64,000 nucleotides of DNA from an uncultured delta proteobacterium (GCA_963822965.1 CAWGJT010000010.1:384001-448000); one strand, 5' to 3'; counted from the first letter of the stretch, positions 31,786 to 44,181 are shown. Translations and numbers: made by a program. Notes: generated by a model not told the origin, from the sequence alone.

Positions 31786-32865
31786 ATGGCCAACATGCAC
31801 CAGCTGCTGAAGGCGATGATCGAGAAGGGCGCGAGCGACCTTCACATCACCACCGGCACCGCCCCGCAGCTTCGGATCGACGGCAAGCTGCATCCCCTCA
31901 AGATGCCCCCGATGTCGCCCCAGGAGACGAAGCAGCTCTGCTACTCGGTCCTGACCGACGCCCAGAAGCACCGCTTCGAGGAGACGAACGAGCTCGACCT
32001 CTCGTTCAGCGTCCAGAAGCTCTCGCGCTTCCGCGGCAACATCTTCGTGCAGCGGGGCAATGTCGCCGGGGCGTTCCGGGCCATTCCGTTCAAGATCCTG
32101 ACCTTCGAAGAGCTGGGCCTGCCGCCGGTGGTCCACAATCTGGCCAAGAAGCCGCGCGGCCTGATCCTCGTCACCGGTCCCACCGGCTCGGGGAAGTCGA
32201 CCACCCTCGCGAGCATCATCGACCGGATCAACACGGATCGTCAGGAGCACATCGTGACGATCGAGGATCCGATCGAGTACCTGCATCCGCACAAGGGCTG
32301 CGTGGTGAACCAGCGCGAGGTGGGCGCGGACACGCAGACCTTCAAGAACGCCCTGAAGTACATCCTGCGCCAGGATCCGGACGTGGTGCTGATCGGCGAG
32401 CTTCGCGACCTCGAGACGATCGAGGCCGCCCTGACGGTGGCCGAGACCGGCCACCTGGCCTTCGCGACGCTGCACACCAACTCGGCGGTCCAGACCATCA
32501 ACCGCATCGTGGACGTCTTTCCCCCGTACCAGCAGTCGCAGATCCGACAGCAGCTCTCCTTCGTGCTCGAAGGCGTCATGTGCCAGACCCTGCTGCCGCG
32601 GGCCAACGGACCCGGCCGCGTGCTCGCGATCGAGTGCATGGTGCCGAACCAGGCCATCCGCAACCTGATCCGCGAGGACAAGATCCACCAGCTCTATTCG
32701 TCGATGCAGGTCGGCCAGACGAAGTACGGCATGCAGACGCTGAATCAGTCGTTGTCGGGTCTGGTGCAGCGACGCCTCGTCACCATGGACGACGCGATCG
32801 GCCGGTCGCCGGACGTCGACGAGCTCAAGACACTCATCACGCAGGGGCCCAAGGGCAGCGTGTGA
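31786..32865 (+). CDS. pilT: type IV pilus retraction ATPase
   Basis: ASDLHI, GPTGSGKSTT, AETGHL, AIRNLIRE, GMQT. Confidence 0.97.
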   Translation: MANMHQLLKAMIEKGASDLHITTGTAPQLRIDGKLHPLKMPPMSPQETKQLCYSVLTDAQKHRFEETNELDLSFSVQKLSRFRGNIFVQRGNVAGAFRAIPFKILTFEELGLPPVVHNLAKKPRGLILVTGPTGSGKSTTLASIIDRINTDRQEHIVTIEDPIEYLHPHKGCVVNQREVGADTQTFKNALKYILRQDPDVVLIGELRDLETIEAALTVAETGHLAFATLHTNSAVQTINRIVDVFPPYQQSQIRQQLSFVLEGVMCQTLLPRANGPGRVLAIECMVPNQAIRNLIREDKIHQLYSSMQVGQTKYGMQTLNQSLSGLVQRRLVTMDDAIGRSPDVDELKTLITQGPKGSV

Positions 32866-32925
32866 AGATCCGGCCGGTGACCGCCCTCGCGGGCGGCTCA
32901 CCGGCCCGGGGGAGGGGGGATCCAA

Positions 32926-34137
32926 ATGCCCGTCTACAACTGGCAAGGCCGGACCCGGGACGGTGCCAAGAAGAAGGGCGCGCTCGAGGCGGCCAACGAG
33001 GCGGCCGTCACCGCACAGCTGCGCTCGCAGGGCATCCTGCCCACGAAGGTCAAGGCCAAGCCGAAGGAGGTGGAGGAGATCTTCACCTTCCTCCAGAAGA
33101 AGGTGAAGACGAAGGACCTGGTGATCTTCACCCGGCAGTTCGCGGTGATGATCGACGCGGGCCTTCCCCTCGTGCAGTGCCTGCACATCCTCGGCGACCA
33201 GTGCGAGAACCCGAGCCTGGCGCGGGTGGTCAAGGAGGTCCGGAACGAGGTGGAGTCCGGCTCGACCTTCGCCGAGGCCCTCGCGAAGCATCCCAAGGTC
33301 TTCGACGATCTCTACGTCAACCTGGTCGCCGCCGGCGAGGTGGGCGGCATCCTCGACACCATCCTGAACCGCCTCGCGGTGCAGCTCGAGAAGGCCGACA
33401 AGCTCGCCCGGCAGTTCAAAGGGGCGATGGTCTACCCGATCACGGTGTCCACCATCGCGGTCGGCGTCGTGGTGTTGCTGCTCGTCAAGGTGATCCCCGT
33501 CTTCGAGAAGATGTTCTCGGACTTCGGCGGAACCCTTCCGGGACCGACCCAGACCGTGATCGGTCTGTCCAACTGGATGCAGGCCAACGTGGTGTACTGC
33601 ATCATCGTGATCGGCGTCGTCATCACCGCACATTCCCAGGCGCGCGCCCGCAGCGTCGGATATCGCTACAACACCGACAAGCTGAAGCTCAAGCTGCCGC
33701 TCTTCGGCACGATCATCAAGAAGGTGGCGGTCGCCCGCTTCACGCGAACCCTGGGCACCATGATCGCCAGTGGCGTTCCCATCCTGGACGCGCTCGAGAT
33801 CGTCTCGAAGACCGCCGGCAACATGGTCATCGAGGAGGAGCTGCAGGAGACGCGCGCTTCGATCTCCGAAGGCAAGACGATCGCGGAGCCGCTGCAGAAC
33901 TCGAAGGTCTTCCCCGGCATGATGGTGCAGATGATCGCCGTCGGTGAGGAGACCGGCAACATGGAGGTGATGCTGAACAAGATCGCGGACTTCTACGACG
34001 ACGAGGTCGACGTGGCGGTCGCGGCGCTCACCTCCATGCTCGAGCCGTTGCTGATGGTGTTCATGGGCGGCGCCATCGGCTCGATCCTGATCGCCATGTA
34101 TCTGCCCATCTTCACGATCGCCGACACCGTCGGCTGA
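32926..34137 (+). CDS. pilC: type IV pilus platform protein (T2SS F family)
   Basis: FTRQFAVMIDAGLPL, AGEVGGIL, AMVYP, GEETG, LEPL, AMYLPIF. Confidence 0.96.
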   Translation: MPVYNWQGRTRDGAKKKGALEAANEAAVTAQLRSQGILPTKVKAKPKEVEEIFTFLQKKVKTKDLVIFTRQFAVMIDAGLPLVQCLHILGDQCENPSLARVVKEVRNEVESGSTFAEALAKHPKVFDDLYVNLVAAGEVGGILDTILNRLAVQLEKADKLARQFKGAMVYPITVSTIAVGVVVLLLVKVIPVFEKMFSDFGGTLPGPTQTVIGLSNWMQANVVYCIIVIGVVITAHSQARARSVGYRYNTDKLKLKLPLFGTIIKKVAVARFTRTLGTMIASGVPILDALEIVSKTAGNMVIEEELQETRASISEGKTIAEPLQNSKVFPGMMVQMIAVGEETGNMEVMLNKIADFYDDEVDVAVAALTSMLEPLLMVFMGGAIGSILIAMYLPIFTIADTVG

Positions 34138-34147
34138 GCGTCTTCCG

Positions 34148-35906
34148 GTGAGGGGCAGCGGGGGGCTGCGCGAGCCGCACGGAGCGCCGTTGCTCGGGGA
34201 TCGCGCCCGACAGCGGGCCGAGTGGCTGCTGCTCGGCCGGCTGGTGCTGACCGGGGTGAGCTTCGCCATCGCCGTCGGTCTGGAGGGGCCCGGCGGAGAG
34301 CTGCCGGAAGGCGCCCGCGTCGGCCTCTTCTGGACGGTGGCGCTCGCATTCGGGGCCACGGCGATCTCGGCGACGCTGGTGCGACGGCTGCGGCACCTGC
34401 ACCGCTTCGCGGCCTTCCAGATCGCCCTCGACGTGGGCATCGTGACGGCGCTCGTGGGCTTCTCGGGCGGCCACGAGTCGCTCTTCGCCTTCCTCTACGT
34501 GCTCGTCACCGTCTACGGCGCCCTGCTCTTCGAGCGTTGGGGCGCGGTGGGCGCCGCGACCCTGAGCGCCGTCTGCTACGCAGCGGTCCTGGTGGTCTCC
34601 AACGGCCACGCGCCGGGCGGCGTGGCGGGAGGTCGGGAGCCCCTCTCGTACGCGGCCCTCACCGCCGTCTGGGGGGTCCACGTCGGCGCGCTCTTCCTGG
34701 TGGGCGCGCTCGCGAGCGTGCTCTCGCGCGAGCTCCGGCGCACGGGTCAGGCCCTCGATCGACGCACCGACGACCTGATCCGCCTGCGGAATCTGCACGA
34801 GCGCACGGTCGAGAGCATCATGAGCGGGCTCCTGACCACGGATCGGGACGGGAACGTCACGTATTTCAATCCCGAGGCCGAGCAAATCACCGGGATGCGG
34901 GTGATCGAGGCCCTGGGTCGCCCCTTGGATCAGGTCATCCCGGGCGCCGCCGAGCTGATCCTGGACGGCGGCGCGCGTGGGGACGCCGTGGGGCCCAACC
35001 GGGCGCGCATGCGCTTTCGCAACCGATCCGGGGAAGAGCTCCATCTGGGCCTGGCCAGCTCGATCCTGTGGGACGAGGAGGGCGCCGAAGCGGGCCACGT
35101 CGTGATCTTCCAGAACGTCACGTCGGTGGTGGCGATGGAGCGCCAGCTCCGGCAGTCCGAGCGCCTGGCGGCGGTGGGGGAGATGTCGGCCAAGATGGCG
35201 CACGAGATCCGCAACCCGCTCGCCGCGATCTCCGGCTCGGTGCAGGTGCTGCGGGCCGGCATGAAGAGCGACCAGATCGATCCGGAAAGGGCGCGTCTGA
35301 TGGACATCGTGGTCCGGGAAGCCGATCGGCTGAGCGGTCTCATCCAGGACTTCCTCCAGTACGCGCGGCCGAGTCCCGCCCGTCGCCAGGCGGTGCTTCT
35401 GGACGGGTTGGTCGGAGACGTGGTCAAGCTCTTCGAGTCGTCACTGCCCGACCACGTCGACCTCTCGCTGCAGGCGTCGTCCGGGCTGCTCGTCCAGGCC
35501 GATCCGAGCCAGCTCAAGCAGGTGCTGTGGAACCTCTTCCTCAACGCCGTGCAGGCCATGCCGGACGGCGGCCGGCTGCGCGTCGAGCGTGCGACGGGCT
35601 CGCAACGAGCCGGCTCAAGCGGGCGTCGCTGCGCGCCGAAACGAGGAGAGGGGGGAAGCCCGCGGAGGCGCCGATGCGCCCAGTCTGGGCGGAGATCGTC
35701 GTCGCCGACAGCGGCGTCGGGATTCCCTTCGCAATGCAGGAGCAGATCTTCGAGCCCTTCTTCACCACGAAGAAGGAGGGCTCGGGGCTCGGCCTGTCCA
35801 CGGTGCACCGCATCGTCGAGAGCCACGGGGGCATGTTGCAGGTCGAGAGCGGGCGGGGGCGGGGTACGACGTTTCGAATCCGGCTTCCGCTGCAGGAGGA
35901 AGGCTC

Positions 35907-35910
<4 letters not shown>
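34148..35910 (+). CDS. pilS: sensor kinase PilS; frameshift near 35590-35640
   Basis: About 6 TM, PAS, MAHEIRNPL, QVLWNLFLNA; C-terminal DSGVGI, FEPFFTTK, GSGLGL in track ORF 34222..35910; located between pilC and pilR. Confidence 0.88.
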
Positions 35911-37292
<1,382 letters not shown>

Positions 37293-37309
37293 GCGGGAAC
37301 GGAGCCGGG

Positions 37310-38728
37310 ATGCGCGCGCGGGGGATCCAGGGCGAGCTCCTGGTGAGCCTTGCCCTGGTGATGATCACCGCCACGCTGCTGCTGGCGGCGTTCTTCCTGC
37401 AGGCCCACGCCGCCAATCTCGAACGGTTGGTCCCGGTCCTGGCCCGCGCACTCGCCGCGGAGGCGCGCTCCTCGGCGGTCGCCTACGGCGATACCGTGGG
37501 CTCCGCGACGTGGTTCCGGATCGGGCCGGGGGGCCGGTCGCAGCCCCACGCGATCACGGGACGCGAGCTGGAGGCCGTCGACCTGGAGATCGCCGAGGCC
37601 GCCCGCCGTACGGGCGAGCCCCTGCTTCGCATCGGCCGCCCCTGGGAGCCGATCCGCTTCGCGATGCCCGTGCCCGGCAACCCGCCCGGGCTGGTCGCCC
37701 TGGGCATCCTGCCTCCCTCGCTGGCGGGGTGGATCGTCGCGTGCCTGATCGCCGCGGACTGCTTCGTCTTCACGTGGCTCGGCAGCTACCTGCTGCGCCG
37801 TCGCGTGGTGTCTCCGCTGCGCGAGCTGGCGCGGGTGGCGCGCGTCATCGAGGAGGGCGGGCCGGGGCCCCGCGTCGCGGTGGAGGGGGTGCGGGAGGTC
37901 GTCGAGGTCGGGGACGCGCTCGGCGACATGAGCGAGGCGCTGGAGCGCCAGACCACGGACCTGCAGAAGGCGGTGAGCGAGCTCCGGCAGGCGAACAGCA
38001 GCCTCCGACGCGCGCGAGACGGGCTCGATCGCTCGGAACGCCTGGCCGCCGTGGGGCACCTGGCCGCGGGCGTCGCCCACGAGGTCGGCAATCCGATGGG
38101 CGCGGTGCTGGCCTTCCTGGACCTGGTGGGGCGGGACGAGAGCCTGTCCACGCCGTCCCGCGGCTACCTCGAGCGGGCGCTCGAGCAGTGCCAGCGGGTG
38201 CGTCGGATCCTGCGCCAGCTTCTCGACTTCTCCCGGCCGCCGCGTCCCTCGCTGTCCGATTTCGATCTCGGGGAGGTCGCCGACCAGTCGATCTCGCTGG
38301 TCTCGGCCCAGAAACGCTATGCCGAGATCGCCTTCGAGGTGGTCCGAGGGAACGGTCCCTGCCGGGTCGTCGCCGACGAGAGCGTCGTGGCGCAGATCCT
38401 CGTGAATCTCGTGCTGAACGCGGCCGACGCCGTCGCCGGGGTCGAGGACCCACGGGTTCGTCTGACCGTGGCGGCGCGAAGCGGTCCGGACGCCGGTGAG
38501 GTGATCTGCTCGGTGGAGGACAACGGTCCCGGGGTGGCGGCCGAGGATCGACGCCGGATCTTCGATCCCTTCTTCACCACCAAGCCGCCGGGCGAGGGAA
38601 CCGGGCTCGGCCTGGCGACCGCCCTGCGGCTGGCGGAGGAGATGGGAGGCGGGCTGGAGTGCCAGCGGCCGCGAACCCTCGGCGGCGCGAACTTCGTCCT
38701 GCGCCTGCGCGCGGCCGGGGCCGACTGA
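37310..38728 (+). CDS. HAMP sensor histidine kinase (PilS2-like position)
   Basis: 2 TM, HAMP (VVSPLREL), GVAHEVGNP, NLVLNA, DNGPG, GTGLGL. Confidence 0.88.
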   Translation: MRARGIQGELLVSLALVMITATLLLAAFFLQAHAANLERLVPVLARALAAEARSSAVAYGDTVGSATWFRIGPGGRSQPHAITGRELEAVDLEIAEAARRTGEPLLRIGRPWEPIRFAMPVPGNPPGLVALGILPPSLAGWIVACLIAADCFVFTWLGSYLLRRRVVSPLRELARVARVIEEGGPGPRVAVEGVREVVEVGDALGDMSEALERQTTDLQKAVSELRQANSSLRRARDGLDRSERLAAVGHLAAGVAHEVGNPMGAVLAFLDLVGRDESLSTPSRGYLERALEQCQRVRRILRQLLDFSRPPRPSLSDFDLGEVADQSISLVSAQKRYAEIAFEVVRGNGPCRVVADESVVAQILVNLVLNAADAVAGVEDPRVRLTVAARSGPDAGEVICSVEDNGPGVAAEDRRRIFDPFFTTKPPGEGTGLGLATALRLAEEMGGGLECQRPRTLGGANFVLRLRAAGAD

Positions 38729-38828
38729 AGCCGCGACCGAGACGAAGTCTCGGGTCGCGAGGCTCCGCGCGGGCCGACCCGGGCCGGGTCGACCTGCGCG
38801 GCAACGGGAATCCGCGGGGTTCCCCCGG

Positions 38829-39197
38829 CTACCGCGGGGTCATCCGGACCACGAGCTTCCGCGCGAGGATCTCTCCCTTCCCGGCCGGGGTTCCGTCGTA
38901 CTCGACCGTCACCTGGGCCTGGGTCGGGTCGGGGATCCTCTCGAAGCTGATGCGCTTCTGGTCCGCGTCGTAGATGCGGGTCTCCTCGGTGACCCGGACG
39001 ACCACGTCGTCCTCCAGCGTCAGCGTCATCTTCGCCGCGTCCTTGGCCTCGAGGAAGGCCTCGTTGGCCGGTCGGCGACCGTCGGGCCGTCGGCCGTCGG
39101 CCCCGGCCGTCCCGACCCCGGCGAAGAGCAGGGCGGCGACCGCCGTGGCCACCAGGATTCGTCGGGTGATTCCCCCGCGTCGATCGGAAGAACGCAT
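38829..39197 (-). CDS. small exported protein downstream of pilY1
   Basis: RR followed by a hydrophobic signal peptide (ITRRILVATAVAALLFAGVGTAGA); short beta-rich mature domain; AAGGAG upstream. Confidence 0.7.
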   Translation of the reverse strand: MRSSDRRGGITRRILVATAVAALLFAGVGTAGADGRRPDGRRPANEAFLEAKDAAKMTLTLEDDVVVRVTEETRIYDADQKRISFERIPDPTQAQVTVEYDGTPAGKGEILARKLVVRMTPR

Positions 39198-39279
39198 GGC
39201 TTCTCTCCTTCAAAGGCCCCGGGCGATCGCGCCGCCCGGGGCACTCGTTCCGGGGTCGAACCCGGATCCGTCCTGGGGA

Positions 39280-42200
39280 CTAGAGCTCCCGCCAGTAGAA
39301 CTGACCGATGCCTCCGCCGGTGTCCGGCAGCGGGCAGTCGTTGGGCCAGTTCGGGCAGGGACAGGCCGGCCCGGGGCAGTCCGGCGATCCATCGCCGTCC
39401 ATGTCGCCCGATCCCGGCACCACCACCTCGCCGTCCTGGTTGTTGATGATCACCTTGTTGGGACTCGGGTCGGTCGAGCTGCCCGTATATCCGCCACTGC
39501 TGATGGTGATCTGGGGCGAGGTCGGCATGCCGGCGCCGAGGTCCACGCTGATGGACGAGACTCCGCCGCTGTTGGGCTCGACGAAGACGCCCTCGCCGCA
39601 GTAGACCTTGTAGGCGTAGAGCTTCGCCGTGCCGTTGGAGACGCACGGATTCGCGCTGATGGTCGGGATATACGACGCCGCCAGCACGCGGTAGGAGAAG
39701 ATGTCCGTCTCGGTGATGAACTTCTCCGACTCGTCGCCCACGAAGTAGTAGCCCTTGTAGCCCGTCAGGTCCGCGCAGCCCGTGTACGAGGCCAGCTCCG
39801 TCAGATCGCTCTCCGTCGTCACCGCGGAGGGCGACGTCTTGTCGAGCGGATCCGAGTCGATCAGCGTGTAGAGCCGGTTGTTCTCGTCGGTCGTGCCCAC
39901 GATGCCCTCCAGCCGGAGGTTCATGCGCTCACCCGTGCCGAGAACCAGCCACAGGTTGCCGTTCTTCAGCGCGGCGCTCGGGGTGAAGAACATGCTCTTG
40001 TACCAGGTCCTGGCCGGCGGGCCCGCGTCGTAGTAGGTCGGCGCGGAGAACATCTTCCGGAAGGGCCAGTTGGGCTGGGTGACGGAGCCAGAGCCGTTGA
40101 TCGGGTCCTGTCCGATGCCGCTGATCACCCACTTCCAGACGTTGCCGCCCAGGTCGGGCATGTAGATGACGTCGGCGTAGCCGTCGAAGTTCAGGTCGAA
40201 GACGCCCGGAGAGGCCGGCATGGCGTAGTGCATCGCCTGTTCCGGGTTCGACGACGAGTAGGTGAAGGTCGCCGGATCCGTGCTCGAGGTGCTGCCCGTC
40301 GGATCGAACTTCTTCTCCGCCAGCACCTCGCCCGTCTTCAGGTCGAGGATGACGATCCCCCGGCCCGCGGTCTCCGTGACGTCATAGTTGGCGTCGTCGT
40401 TCGGATCGCTCTCGGGCGCGTAGCCGAGCCCGAAGATGGCGACCCAACGGTCGTAGGCCGGGGTCGTGGCGGTCGGAGTGTTGATCGTCGGATTGACCCG
40501 CACCTTGACGATCACCGGCTGGGACCAGGTCTGGCCCATGTAGTCGACGATGCCGCCGGTGGCGTCTTCGCGCGGGAACTCCCAGAGGTAGCAGGGGTAC
40601 ATGGAGCCGCTCGCCGGAGCCGGGCAGCTGCTCGACGACGGGTCGGTGATGTCGAGCCCGTAGTAGGTGTTGCCGCCCTGGCGGAGGCCGCCCATCGCGA
40701 TGGTGCGCCAGCGCTGCCAGCCCGTTCCGTCCTTGGGAGCGTTGACGTCGCGGTACTGGTAGAACCACACGTCCGCGACTGCGGCCGAGCCGTCGACGCC
40801 GTAGAAGGTGCGTCCGCCCGAGTCGATGGGGAACTCCTTGGCGACCTGGCGCGTCCCGTAGGGCATGAATCCCACGAGCTCCTCACCCGTGCCCTCGTCG
40901 TAGGCGGGCGGAACCGCGGCGGTCTGCCAGGTGCCTGCGTCGAAGAAGCGCAGGAAGCCGTCGTTGGCGCCGGCCACCACCACGCGCTTGCGGTGCTCGT
41001 AGTAGGTGGCGAAGGCCCGGTAGTCGGGGTCGCGCTGGAAGGACGCGGGGCCCGGCACCACCACCGGGTCGGAGTGGAAGATGTCGCCGAGCTTCCAGGA
41101 GCGCTCGACGCAGCCCCCGCCCGTGGAGCCGAGGTCGCAGCCGCGCAGGTTGTCGACGACGACCGTCCGCAGCTCGTCGGCCGTGGTCGGCGGCGTGTAG
41201 GCGCCGTAGTCGTAGCTCGGAATGTCCGCCGCCGTCAGGTTCATCTGCGCAGCCGTCACGCTGGCGCTGTCGAAGGTCGTCAGCTGGCTCACGCCGGGTG
41301 ACGCGGTCAGCGTGGTCGTCACGAGACTGCGCGAGCCGGGGCTGCGCGCGTCGAGGAGCTCGCCGGCGTCCCAGTAGGGCACGGCCGTCTGAAGGAAGGT
41401 GCCCGCCACACAGGACGCCGGAGCGCCCGGGTCGGACAGGGCGCAGTTGCCGTTGGCGTCGAGGATGTCGCCGGCCGCCGTGATCTTCCACGACTTGAGG
41501 CGTCCCTCCCAGTAGCCGGTCTGGGTGGAGGGAACGAAGAGGCTCGTATAGAACTGTCCGCCCTCGGAGGTCCGGGTCGCCGGGACCGTCGCCGCCGTGA
41601 AGGACTGGGACTTCTGGACGATGTCGCTGATGGTGGCGACGATCGCCTGCGCGAGGGCGCCCGCGTCGTTGCTGGTCGAGAAGGTGCCGTTGCCGACCTG
41701 GGCCGTCCGCTCGAGCAGGTCGTTGGCCGACGCATTCGTGGTGAATCCCACGGTGTAGACGTCGATGGTCTGGTCGTAGCCGTTGTGCGGCGGCAGGTCC
41801 GGGCGGGAGTCGTTGTCCTGCATGAACTTCGCGATGTCGTCCAGGTAGCGGGCGCAGCGGTCGTACGAGCCGCCCGGGCAGTCGGGCGCCGCCGTCGGAA
41901 GCTCGTTCTCTCCGTCCGGGTTGTAGTCGCCGATCAGGGTGGTGAAGTTGGAGAAGCCGTAGTCGGTGCTGCCGCCGTTGGCCGTGAAGTTGTCCTTCGT
42001 CGGCTCGCCGTCCGTGATGATCACGACGAAGTTGCGCTGACAGGGCGCCTGGATCGGGCTGTCGGGAGCCGCGGAGCTGTAGGGGCCTCCGCTGCCGGTC
42101 CCATAGACGTACTCCGGAAACGTCACCCCGCCGGAGACCGGGCGATCGCTGCCGTCGCGGCTCATGAAGTAGGTGTAGACCTGGAAGAGGGTCTCGCCGA

Positions 42201-42999
42201 TCGGCGTCCAGGTTTCGCCCTCGAGCTGCTCGATGGCGTCGTCCAGGTGCTCCCCGTGGCTCTGGGTGACGCCGTTCAGGGTGTAGACGTTGGGGTTGCC
42301 GCTGGAATCGAGATAGTCGTTTGCGGGCACCACCACGTAGCCGCCGTTCGGATCGCTGCCGCCCCGGAACTGCGCGATGCCGAAGCGGACCGCGCCCGAG
42401 GTGTTCACCTCGCAGATCACCTGGCGCAGGATCTGCTTCGCCGCGGTCACCCGGGCGCGCCGGTAGAGACTGTAGGAGCCGCCGCCGACACAGCTCGAGT
42501 AGGTGCCGTTGTTCGTGGCGGCGATCTGGGCGCGATAGGATGCGGACTCGGGGCTGAAGAGCCAGTTGAGGTAGCGCCCGGACCAGCGGGTCGAGTAGTA
42601 GGCGAACTGCACCTGGGGGTCGACGAAGATCTCGATGCTGGCGTTCACGCAGCCCGTCGCACCGTAGAGACCGTAGATGTTGTAGGTGCCGGAGCGGAAG
42701 GACGTGTCCGTGGCGCCGCTCGGGAAGGAGTCGCTGCTGTTGGTGGTGACGTTGTAGTCGCGATTGTCGTTCCAGTACTGGCAGGTGGGCGTGGCGTCGG
42801 GATCGAAGGCCGGATGCCAGACGATGGAGTTCATGGACCCCGAGTTGTCCATGATCAGCATCACGTTCGGGGGCACGATGGTGGAGAAGAGCACCGTGTC
42901 GTCCGCGCTCGCGGCTTGCGGCCGGGCCAGAGCGAGGCCGGTGGTCGCGACGAAGGCGGCGAGGGCGAGAAGGAAGCGGTTGGCTTTGGCGAGGGGCAT
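39280..42999 (-). CDS. pilY1: PilY1/PilC pilus tip adhesin with vWA-like domain and beta-propeller
   Basis: Signal peptide, MDNSGSM (DxSxS), TPIGETL, ITDGEPT; LGDIFHSDP, GANDG, GGLRQGG, DLNFDGYAD Ca-binding loop, terminal WREL. Confidence 0.92.
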   Translation of the reverse strand: MPLAKANRFLLALAAFVATTGLALARPQAASADDTVLFSTIVPPNVMLIMDNSGSMNSIVWHPAFDPDATPTCQYWNDNRDYNVTTNSSDSFPSGATDTSFRSGTYNIYGLYGATGCVNASIEIFVDPQVQFAYYSTRWSGRYLNWLFSPESASYRAQIAATNNGTYSSCVGGGSYSLYRRARVTAAKQILRQVICEVNTSGAVRFGIAQFRGGSDPNGGYVVVPANDYLDSSGNPNVYTLNGVTQSHGEHLDDAIEQLEGETWTPIGETLFQVYTYFMSRDGSDRPVSGGVTFPEYVYGTGSGGPYSSAAPDSPIQAPCQRNFVVIITDGEPTKDNFTANGGSTDYGFSNFTTLIGDYNPDGENELPTAAPDCPGGSYDRCARYLDDIAKFMQDNDSRPDLPPHNGYDQTIDVYTVGFTTNASANDLLERTAQVGNGTFSTSNDAGALAQAIVATISDIVQKSQSFTAATVPATRTSEGGQFYTSLFVPSTQTGYWEGRLKSWKITAAGDILDANGNCALSDPGAPASCVAGTFLQTAVPYWDAGELLDARSPGSRSLVTTTLTASPGVSQLTTFDSASVTAAQMNLTAADIPSYDYGAYTPPTTADELRTVVVDNLRGCDLGSTGGGCVERSWKLGDIFHSDPVVVPGPASFQRDPDYRAFATYYEHRKRVVVAGANDGFLRFFDAGTWQTAAVPPAYDEGTGEELVGFMPYGTRQVAKEFPIDSGGRTFYGVDGSAAVADVWFYQYRDVNAPKDGTGWQRWRTIAMGGLRQGGNTYYGLDITDPSSSSCPAPASGSMYPCYLWEFPREDATGGIVDYMGQTWSQPVIVKVRVNPTINTPTATTPAYDRWVAIFGLGYAPESDPNDDANYDVTETAGRGIVILDLKTGEVLAEKKFDPTGSTSSTDPATFTYSSSNPEQAMHYAMPASPGVFDLNFDGYADVIYMPDLGGNVWKWVISGIGQDPINGSGSVTQPNWPFRKMFSAPTYYDAGPPARTWYKSMFFTPSAALKNGNLWLVLGTGERMNLRLEGIVGTTDENNRLYTLIDSDPLDKTSPSAVTTESDLTELASYTGCADLTGYKGYYFVGDESEKFITETDIFSYRVLAASYIPTISANPCVSNGTAKLYAYKVYCGEGVFVEPNSGGVSSISVDLGAGMPTSPQITISSGGYTGSSTDPSPNKVIINNQDGEVVVPGSGDMDGDGSPDCPGPACPCPNWPNDCPLPDTGGGIGQFYWREL

Positions 43000-43049
43000 G
43001 TCGTTCTCCTGAATCTCCCGGCCTGGGGGCGCCGGCCTACGGGTCGTTT

Positions 43050-43066
43050 CGCAAGCCCCGTGCCAG
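43050..43066 (-). promoter_or_regulatory. sigma54 -24/-12 promoter CTGGCACGGGGCTTGCG upstream of pilY1
   Basis: TGGCAC-N5-TTGC consensus match, about 50 nt upstream of the ATG; AT-rich tract further upstream. Confidence 0.8.
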
Positions 43067-43185
43067 GCGTCGCCATCCGTATAAGTATTCGGATTCAATG
43101 GCGTTTTCCGTATCACGCCCCGACCGGGGGCGCCGCCGGGGCCGCAGGGTCCTGCGTACCGCGCAGGGGATTGCGGGGCTCCCGG

Positions 43186-44181
43186 TCAGTAGCCCCGGGA
43201 CGCCGGAGCCGCGTCGGCGCGGACCGTCAGCTGGAAGGTGAAGGTGCTGCCTTCTCCCTTCTGGTCCTTCACGCCGACCTCGACCGGATGCACCCCGGCC
43301 TGGTCGGAGCTCGGCGTCCACGTGAGGACGCCCGTGATGGGGTCGATGCGCATGCCGTCCGGGCCCTGCTCGAGGAAGAAGCGCAGGTTGCGGTCGCCGT
43401 CGGGATCCTTCGCGACGAACGTGTACTGGAAGGTGCCGTCCTCGGAGCGCGTGGCCGGCAGCTGCGTGATCGTGGGAGGCGAGTTGCCCAGCATCAGCAC
43501 GGGGCTCAGGGTCTCCCGGCTGTCGCTCCGGCCGTCGCTCGCGACCACGCGCACCTGGACCTGATCGCCTCGCTTGAGACCCTTCGTGTCGAAGCTGCGA
43601 TCGCGTCCCGCCGATTCGCCGTTGACCGTCCAGGCGTAGTGAAAGCTCAGGGTGTCGTTGTCGGGATCCTGGGCGAGGGGCGTGGCCGTGATCACCTGGC
43701 CGGCGCGGACGTCGCCGAAGGGCTCGAGGTTGACCGCCGAGAGCACGGGCGGACGGTTGCCGACCCGCGCCTTGGCGCTGACGGGGCTGCTCTCCTGGCG
43801 CCCGTCCGACGCGGTGACCGTCACCTCGATGCGGTCCCCCTTGGCGAGGTCGACGAGATACAGGACGGACTGGTCGCCCTTCAGCACCTCGCGCCCGTTC
43901 CGGGTCCAGGTGTACTGGAAGCGGAGCGGGTCTCCGTCGGGATCGCTGGCTTCGACGACCGCGCGGATCTCCGTCCCCGGGGTGGGCGACTCGGGGCTCA
44001 GGGCGACCCGCTCCACCACCGGCGCGCCCTGGTCGGCAGCGGCGTCTCCGCCGCCCGCCGTGGCGGCCTTCGGCACGATGGACTGGGCGGACGGAGCCGG
44101 AGCGGCTTCGTCACCCGATCCGCAGGCGAGGCCCACGAGGGCCACCGCTCCTGCGAAGAGAAGCTTCGTGGATCGTCGCAT
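43186..44181 (-). CDS. lipoprotein with three Ig-like (He_PIG/cadherin-like) domains
   Basis: GLAC lipobox; repeated DPDGD/DPDND, YTW, NxPP; GPDGMRIDPITGVLTWTP. Confidence 0.8.
   Translation of the reverse strand: MRRSTKLLFAGAVALVGLACGSGDEAAPAPSAQSIVPKAATAGGGDAAADQGAPVVERVALSPESPTPGTEIRAVVEASDPDGDPLRFQYTWTRNGREVLKGDQSVLYLVDLAKGDRIEVTVTASDGRQESSPVSAKARVGNRPPVLSAVNLEPFGDVRAGQVITATPLAQDPDNDTLSFHYAWTVNGESAGRDRSFDTKGLKRGDQVQVRVVASDGRSDSRETLSPVLMLGNSPPTITQLPATRSEDGTFQYTFVAKDPDGDRNLRFFLEQGPDGMRIDPITGVLTWTPSSDQAGVHPVEVGVKDQKGEGSTFTFQLTVRADAAPASRGY

Noticed and set aside
43000..43116. Longer pilY1 start at 43116
   Set aside because: The extension spans the sigma54 promoter; ATG 42999 has an AGGAG SD and begins the signal peptide.
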